From positions 21,886,001 through 21,950,000 of the forward strand of contig NC_043013.1 in NCBI RefSeq assembly GCF_006345805.1: 64,000 nucleotides of DNA, given 5' to 3'. This DNA comes from Octopus sinensis. Lineage: Eukaryota. The notes under the pieces are model-generated. The model saw nothing but the letters and a program-made list of their open reading frames with translations, did not search any database and was not told the DNA's origin. A program made the position numbers and the translations under genes. Below, piece by piece: positions 40,790 to 64,000 of the stretch; position 1 is the stretch's first letter; each line of letters opens with the position of its first letter.

Positions 40790-42079
40790 TCTAAGGCCTT
40801 CTACACCGAGTATTTGAGAATATTATCTGTGAAGAACTCTTTGGATATTGAGTAACTTCTGAATTTAATGCTCCGGTCCAGACGTGTTTTCCACTATTCG
40901 AAGCAGTCCTGCAATTCGTGATGTCTTTTATCGTCTCCGTCGTTTTTTTTTTCTTCAAATACTTCACATTTGCAAAAGGTTTTTCTTTAAGGACTTTTTT
41001 CCTTCGGGGTAACAAAAAATTGTTACAGGGAGCAAGATCGGGTGAATATGGAGGGTAGGTAAACGAGGTCATGTCATATTTGGTCAAAAACTGTCTCACA
41101 CTGAAGGCGGTGTACGAAATTTCTTTGTCGTGATGAAACCACCACACTCCACTCTGCCACTAGTCGGGACGTTTTCGTCTCGCCGTGTCTCGCAAATGCT
41201 TCGGAACTGCCAAGCAAAATGTCTGGTCAACAGTTTGACCAGGAGGAACAAATATTGTGCGGACAATTCATTTCGCATAATTGAAACATGTCAGCATCGT
41301 CTTGAAGTTGGCCTTCACTTGACGCACTTGACTTGTAGGGCGTGGTGATATTTAATGCTTCCATTGACTTGAGTGCCCTATCGTTTCCGGGTTGTAGATA
41401 TAGCACCAGCCTTCGTCGCTAGTGATGGCCTTCTTAAAAAAAAATTGTCGGATCAACTTCCAACTGTTCTTTCACTTTACGACACGCACTTAGACTCGAC
41501 TGATTTTGATCTTCCGTGAGCTAGTGAGGCACAGATCTTGCTGCAACACTTTCATTCGCTCAAAACTCATTGGCAGGAACTCCAGAACACACCAGTTATA
41601 TCAACACGTTCATCAATTGTTCGGCAACGTTCCTCCAAGACCAGTTCACGAATTTTCGTGATGTTTTCATTCGTTCAGGAGGTCGACGGTGGTCAAGAAC
41701 GAGGATGGTCTTCAAGCGACAAGTGGCCGTTCCTAAACCGTGAAAACCTACTCGTAAAATTGTGTTTTGCTCATTGCGGCGTCCTTGTAAGCTGTTCGAA
41801 GCAAGGCAACTGTTTCGGCCGCCGTTTTCCCCCAGCAAAAAACACAATTTCTCGGAAGCACGCTGTCCATTCGTTTCATCCATCGCAATAATCGACGAAC
41901 AAGGGAGAAGTACTGAAAAACAAAGACGCACCACGTGACAGTACGACTCTTGACAACGGCGCCAGTCGGCAGGCGGATGCCCGAGGGACGCATCAAGTGG
42001 CTTCTAGCCGTTGAAGCCTAAACTATAGCGGATGTGTCCCACAGACAACGTTCCGTTTACTTTTGGGTACCCTTCGTAT
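40790..42079 (-). mobile_element. Mariner (DD34D-type) transposon, degenerate
   Basis: WWFHHD, PPYSPDLAPC and CFLLGE..AAET motifs; 5' TIR TACGAAGGGTACCCAAAAGTAAACGG. Confidence 0.88.
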
Positions 42080-43643
42080 TGATGTTCACAAATAGTTATG
42101 ATGGTGCCACTGTTATGAGCGGAGGAATCGCTGGTGTTCAAGCGAAATTGCTTGTCGCAGCCCCATCTGCAACTTGTGTCAGCTTCCACCAACTGAACCT
42201 AGATGTAGATAACTGTAAGCACACGGCAGGCTATGAATGGATACTTTCTCAAGCTGTAGAGGATAAAGTCTTATCTGAAGATTTCCGTGCTAGACAATAA
42301 ACCGGACAATTTATGCCCAAGTATAATGAATAAATGGTGTTATGAAAACCTGAATTTTAAAGACATCTTCCTTCGTTTTGCGACACAACAACGAAAAGAG
42401 AATCACTTTCGAGGAGTTCGAATTTTGCCCGTGCTTTTAAAAAAACTAATGCTGCTGGGCTACAACACAGCGATTGGGTCTCCACTGCTCCAGAAATGTA
42501 ATCGCCTGAAATGCAATCCCTGATCCAATTTTCCCAACAGATGTCAACACACAAATCTTTAAACTAAGCATTAACCGTATCGATCTCACCAATCCATAAA
42601 GACTTGCAAACACAATGTCCACCGCCACCTCTCCTTTTCAAGAAACTATAAACAAAGAATCCAATATGAATCTAAAACTAAACAAATGAAAACAAAAAGA
42701 ACATTTTACATGTATAGTCAGCATTGCAATTTATCTTTTTCACAGCAAAAAGCTATTTTAACTTTTCGATAACCTGAAAGAAATCGTGGGGCTTCTGAGT
42801 TTACGATCAAATTTCTATTAGATTTCGTTTTCCGTATAATTGATTTCGTATTTTGGTTTAACGTATTCTTCGTTTAACCTGTACGTATAAGTTGCTGAAA
42901 CACAAAATTTCGTCCAAAGAGAAAAAGAAAAGATTCTTATTTTAAGTTCGCTTTATAATCCTTAATAAATAAAGTTTAGATCAGCCGGCTTAAATAGTTC
43001 CTGACACCCCAGAGCTAAAATTAACAATCATGTTACCTAAGACTTTTGGTGCTTTCTTACTTTGGAATTGACGTACAATAATTCTCGTAAAATGTTTACC
43101 CTATTCTTCAGAAAAGTTTTCCATGTTACTTTCCTCAATTTGTTTTTTTTTTTTTGTTTTTTAGTTTGAATAACAAATCATTTCACTTTTTAAGTGAAAT
43201 CAATCAACTGCAATTATTTTATCTCATATATTATTTAGATGATGGGTAAGAAGCGTTAAGGATTCGGTTGACTGCTTCTGGTATTTAGTTAAGACCCGTT
43301 ACGTTTTGAAACAAAATGCTGTCCAGGGTTACTTAGTGTTCCAATCTTTGAAGGTCGATAAAATAACACCCAATTGCCTCATTGGTACTCGGGTAAATTT
43401 AATAATCTTATAAAGCTTCAAATGTATGAATGGATTTCTAAGAGAAGACTAATTTGAAAGGAAAAACGTTAGCAATAAAAAAATATTTACAAAAGAAATA
43501 ACTGAATTAAATTGATTTTATTCACGAAGAAACACACATTTTATCTTATACAATTATTATTATTATTAGCAAACGTGATCCGTTGAAGTCTTGCTCACAT
43601 TTCATGGACAAGTAAGTAATTTTGGGGTGAATTCCATTAAAGT

Positions 43644-59933
<16,290 letters not shown>

Positions 59934-61301
59934 CCTGTCTGTTTTGTAGGTAGAAATGGCTGTCAAGAGCGAGATGTTACCTGTTTGAATTTATCTTCTT
60001 AATGAAGGATAATCATTATATGATCTTCGTATCGATTTATCACTATTAGCTGGTATTGTATTCCACAAGTGAAGTGTTTGTATCAATTCAATACACTTTA
60101 TAAAGATACTCCGGGTGAAAAGGTATTGACTTAACGATTGAGAGGGCATAAGATCACCAGTTGATACATATAAATATATATATATGTGTGTATGTGCGTG
60201 TGCGTGCCGGTCTGTGTGTATGTATGTGCATGTACGTGTGTGTATGCGTGTGTGCTTTTGCATGTGTACCAACAACTTTATCAAAAACAATTAAAGCAAC
60301 CATTGATAAATTTCGTATCTAACGACTTTGCCGTTTTTCATTTTTTTGAAAAATTCCAATAATTTTTATATGTGACATTTCCCGCTGTGAGTTGAAACTA
60401 AAGGGTCGCACTCATTTATAAAGTATATTTCCACATGCGTTATTAAAATAATGACAGTTATTTCATGCCAACTTCTATCGTACAACATCAGCTGTTTTAA
60501 GATCGTCAAAAAATGCGAGTTCCTTCAACAGGTAACAATAACAATCTCAGATAAAATATTTCTTCTTGCTTTGGACTTGGAAACTAAAGTCTTGAAATAA
60601 TTCTCTCTTCTCATCTCTCGTGTCGTTTCCAAACAGTCATTCCTTTGTCACACACATAATGATAAGGAATACCAATATGCAACCTGCGTCTTGTATTTAC
60701 TAAGAACAAACCATGTTGGTAGAGGCGTGTTACGACGGGCAGCTCTTCTCTCTCTCTAACGCTTCTTTCTCATTACTTTCTCTGTAAAAGACATATTCTT
60801 GCTGTTGCACTGGCAGCGAGTATAACAGTATGGGATCTGTTATATATTTTCATCATGTACAACTTCAACGTCCATCTTCCTTTTACTTATATTAAATTTA
60901 ATGTTTTTGTAGCCTATATAGAGTTACTTGAATATGTATTTCATTGACTTGGTAGTCGTACCTATTTGCATATTTACATGCGCTTTGAAAGTGCGACATT
61001 GGTTCTTTCTATTGAGGACTACACACCTATTATTAACTTTATTAACTTGTATTGTCCCACCTTGGCGTCACCTGTAGCATGGATAACCATTGTCATTTGC
61101 TCATGTTTCTTCAAGAAATTCGCTAGGAATCTTCTTTGACAGTGTCCGTTCACCATGCAAACATTCTCTCAGGTGTCTTTCACTCTCAGGTCCATGCTTC
61201 ATGCATGTTCTTTTATAATCACATGAAACAGATGCTCAGTTTCTACGACAGAAACTTCGCTGCTGCAAACAATCTGATATATTTGCAACGAGTCCTCTGC
61301 A

Positions 61302-63215
61302 TGTAATATTATTTTATGTCCTTGTGTTCGATATATAATTTAACAACTTCTCCCTACTATAACCTGAGACCTAACGCTCTCAATCACGGTTCACAGTGAA
61401 CTGCTTACCAACTTGAGCTGCCAATCGCTCACACTTCTTTATTTTATAACAATGAGTCAGTCCACCTTCAGTCACTTGGTTGGTGGTCAGAATCTTTCCA
61501 TAACATCTCCCCTTTTAAGAATTAGTCTCCTTCACTTCTCTCCGATCAGAGTTTTTAGTATCTTTTACGCTTAGGATTCAAGTTCAATGTTTCCGTTCTT
61601 TTTCGTCTTCTGATGCTAGAACGTGTAGTTTCAAATTGTTTGGCTGCTGGTACCTCAAACGTGTCGTACAAAACTCAAATGGAGATACCTTTTCTCGTGA
61701 CAGTTTTTCCGTGAATCTTTCTTGAAGTTGGTTAATATATTTTTTATGTTCGAAATTTTTTCCTTTTACCAGGAATAACATTTTTCCAATTTGTTTAATC
61801 ATTACACCGTCTTCCCAGTTTTTTTTTTACCATATCTATAGGTTTTAAGTAAATCTTTGTCACCTAAGTAGAATAATTTTGAAGTAATTTTGTTGTTCGC
61901 CTTTGTTTTTAATTTTCACTCGGTATCAACTTATCAAAGACGGATGTGACCTTTCTAGCAAACATCGGTTCTGCGGGTGACATTTCCGGTGGTATATTTG
62001 GATTAAGTATTAATCGGTACATTCAAATAAGGCCGTTATAATCTAATTTTTTGGAGTACATATTTTACGTGTTCTACGTGTTGATCCCTGGATTCGTTTT
62101 TTTAAGAATTATATTATCCAGATATGGAGTTAAGACTTCACAGTCCGCTAATATTGCATCCAAAATCTCTTGAAATATCGCTGGTGCGACTTTTAAGCCA
62201 AATTGTAACCTGTTGTATTTATACAGTCCTTCCTGTGTGTTAATTGTTTTGTATTTAGAGCATTCATCGTCTACTCTAATTTGTAGGTACGTGTCAGAGA
62301 GATCCAGTTTAGAAAACATCTTGCCACCGTTGAATTTTAAGAAAAAATAATTTTCAGTTCGTCTGACGACTTATTGTGCTATAGGGAAAAAACCCACTCA
62401 CAGTCTTGGAGAAAAGATCTGTGAGAAGGTCCCATAAGCTAAATAATTCCATCCGGTCAGTTCCGATTAAATTTGTCGTATTGTTTAACACAAAAACTTT
62501 GGCTTTTAAGGTGTTTTAACGAAACGTAGTGTCTCTTATAAATTCGCCCTTAAAATATAATTTTTTGCATGAAACACCACGGGCAATGTTTGAAGTTTCA
62601 TTTAATCATGTATCTGTGTTAATTATCGAGATATCGCTGTCCGCGTCCAAGCGTAACTTTACGTTTGTGTTATTACTTTTTACGTACAAAAATTTCCTTT
62701 GGAGCACTTTCGTATGTCTTGTCACCGATAACCGGTTGACGTTATTTTTCTGTTGAACCATTTACGACGTTTTGTTTTACAGTGTGATTTTTTATAACCT
62801 ATTCGGCCACTCTTGAAACATTTAATATTTTTAAACGGACAGTTACTTTTAAAACGTAGACCACATCACCCACAACATGTTTTCGGTCTTTATATACTTT
62901 TCTCTGATTTCTTATCTGTTACCGGTAGATTCGCTTAAACATGAGATTAACCTCTTTCTTCAAGTTTATCTGCGTTGTGTCGTAGATTTATAATCCCCTG
63001 ATATACTTCTGCTTTCTAACTTTTCAATATCTGGGAGCGTATATCTGCATCGTTGTTTGTAGAAAACCTTTGAACAAAAAACTAAACACTTGAACACGTC
63101 CGGGGTCAACCCATTCAATTTTAATTTCTCACACTCTCTGTTAAACTCTCCGACATAGGTGACGATATCTTCATCATCGTTTCTGACCCAATTTAAACAT
63201 TGCCAGCGAGTAGTG
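61302..63215 (-). mobile_element. Gypsy (Mag-like) LTR retrotransposon remnant: gag, protease, RT fragment, integrase tail, PPT and 3' LTR
   Basis: gag homologous to 47640-48150; FSKLDLSD..FGLKVAPAIFQ..YLDNI; PPT AAAAGGGGAGA (61506-61516) followed by TGTTA...TTACA (61302-61505). Confidence 0.8.
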
Positions 63216-63224
63216 AAGAGGAAA

Positions 63225-64000
63225 AGTAAAGGCTATCGGTGAATCTTTCGTCATACAAAAGCAACTTTAACTGTCTATGGATCGATTCAGACTGCCTCAG
63301 TACAACAAGTGCTTACAGGAAGAAAAACGAGGACAACCAGCAGAGAAAAAAATCTTCACCTATACACGATGGGTCTATCAGCAGGGACCGTGCCATGTTG
63401 TTCATTATGAGCTTTCCTTTATTATGGATATCCTCCCTCATTTCAGTGAGGTTATCAAGTCATGGGAGAGGCAAATTAAAGACAAGTGCTTCTATTACGA
63501 TTGTCTATGAAAGTTTACGCTTTCGTCTCCTCTAAACAAGTTTTAATACGAATCAAGTCTTTAGCAAAAATATTACAAATCTTCACTGCTGTGACTACAG
63601 CAACGGCAATGCTATCCAGTTAAACATCTTCATATCAAACGAAAAGAAAGTTTTGTAGCCTCCGATTGAGTAACACATCAGTGAAGTTATTAAGATCAAC
63701 CCACTGATTCAGTAAATGCCTAATCTACGAGAAAAATCTCCACAGCAGAAGGGTCTCATCGGTCAGTGAGAATGTTGAAAGTCGGCTGAAAATTAATAGA
63801 GCACTTTCATAAATTTTCATCGTGAGACCGTCATCCCTATATTGAACCAGAGTTGCTTAGAGTTCCGACACCAATTTTCGGCATTAAATGGTGATATCAT
63901 GATAAACCCCTCTTATCTCAATCCGTAAATGCTCCAGTTTCTGAACATTGTTTGTCTCAAATTCATAGCAGATACATTTCAACTAAATTTAGACGCCCTG
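63225..64000. repeat. Inverted duplicate of 36857-37630, running off the window end
   Basis: Visual alignment to the reverse complement. Confidence 0.85.

Overview
AT-rich, microsatellite- and transposon-dense eukaryotic DNA. The SINE types, Dong/R4 LINEs in (TAA)n and Mag-type Gypsy remnants suggest a mollusc, most plausibly an octopus; this is inference. The only host-gene content is a local cluster of three paralogous multi-exon genes (A: minus, 6808-10935, 3' part outside the window; B: plus, 27355-35765, no first exon found; C: minus, 43644-59933). I reconstructed them by hand from GT-AG splice sites. Each encodes a predicted secreted protein of about 250-270 aa: a signal peptide plus three PAN/Apple-like Cys domains, with all introns in phase 1. 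Between B and C, domains 1 and 3 are about 83-84% identical, but the middle domain is only 32/77 (42%) identical with its core Cys frame kept. The copies are mosaics of each other, arranged as nested inverted and direct duplications. The single promoter/first exon between A and B lies in a segment flanked by inverted repeats, so an inversion could hand it from A to B. The rest is decayed TEs (R4/Dong, RTE, Tx1/L1-like LINEs, Gypsy, mariner/Tc1, MITEs, tRNA-SINEs) and simple repeats.
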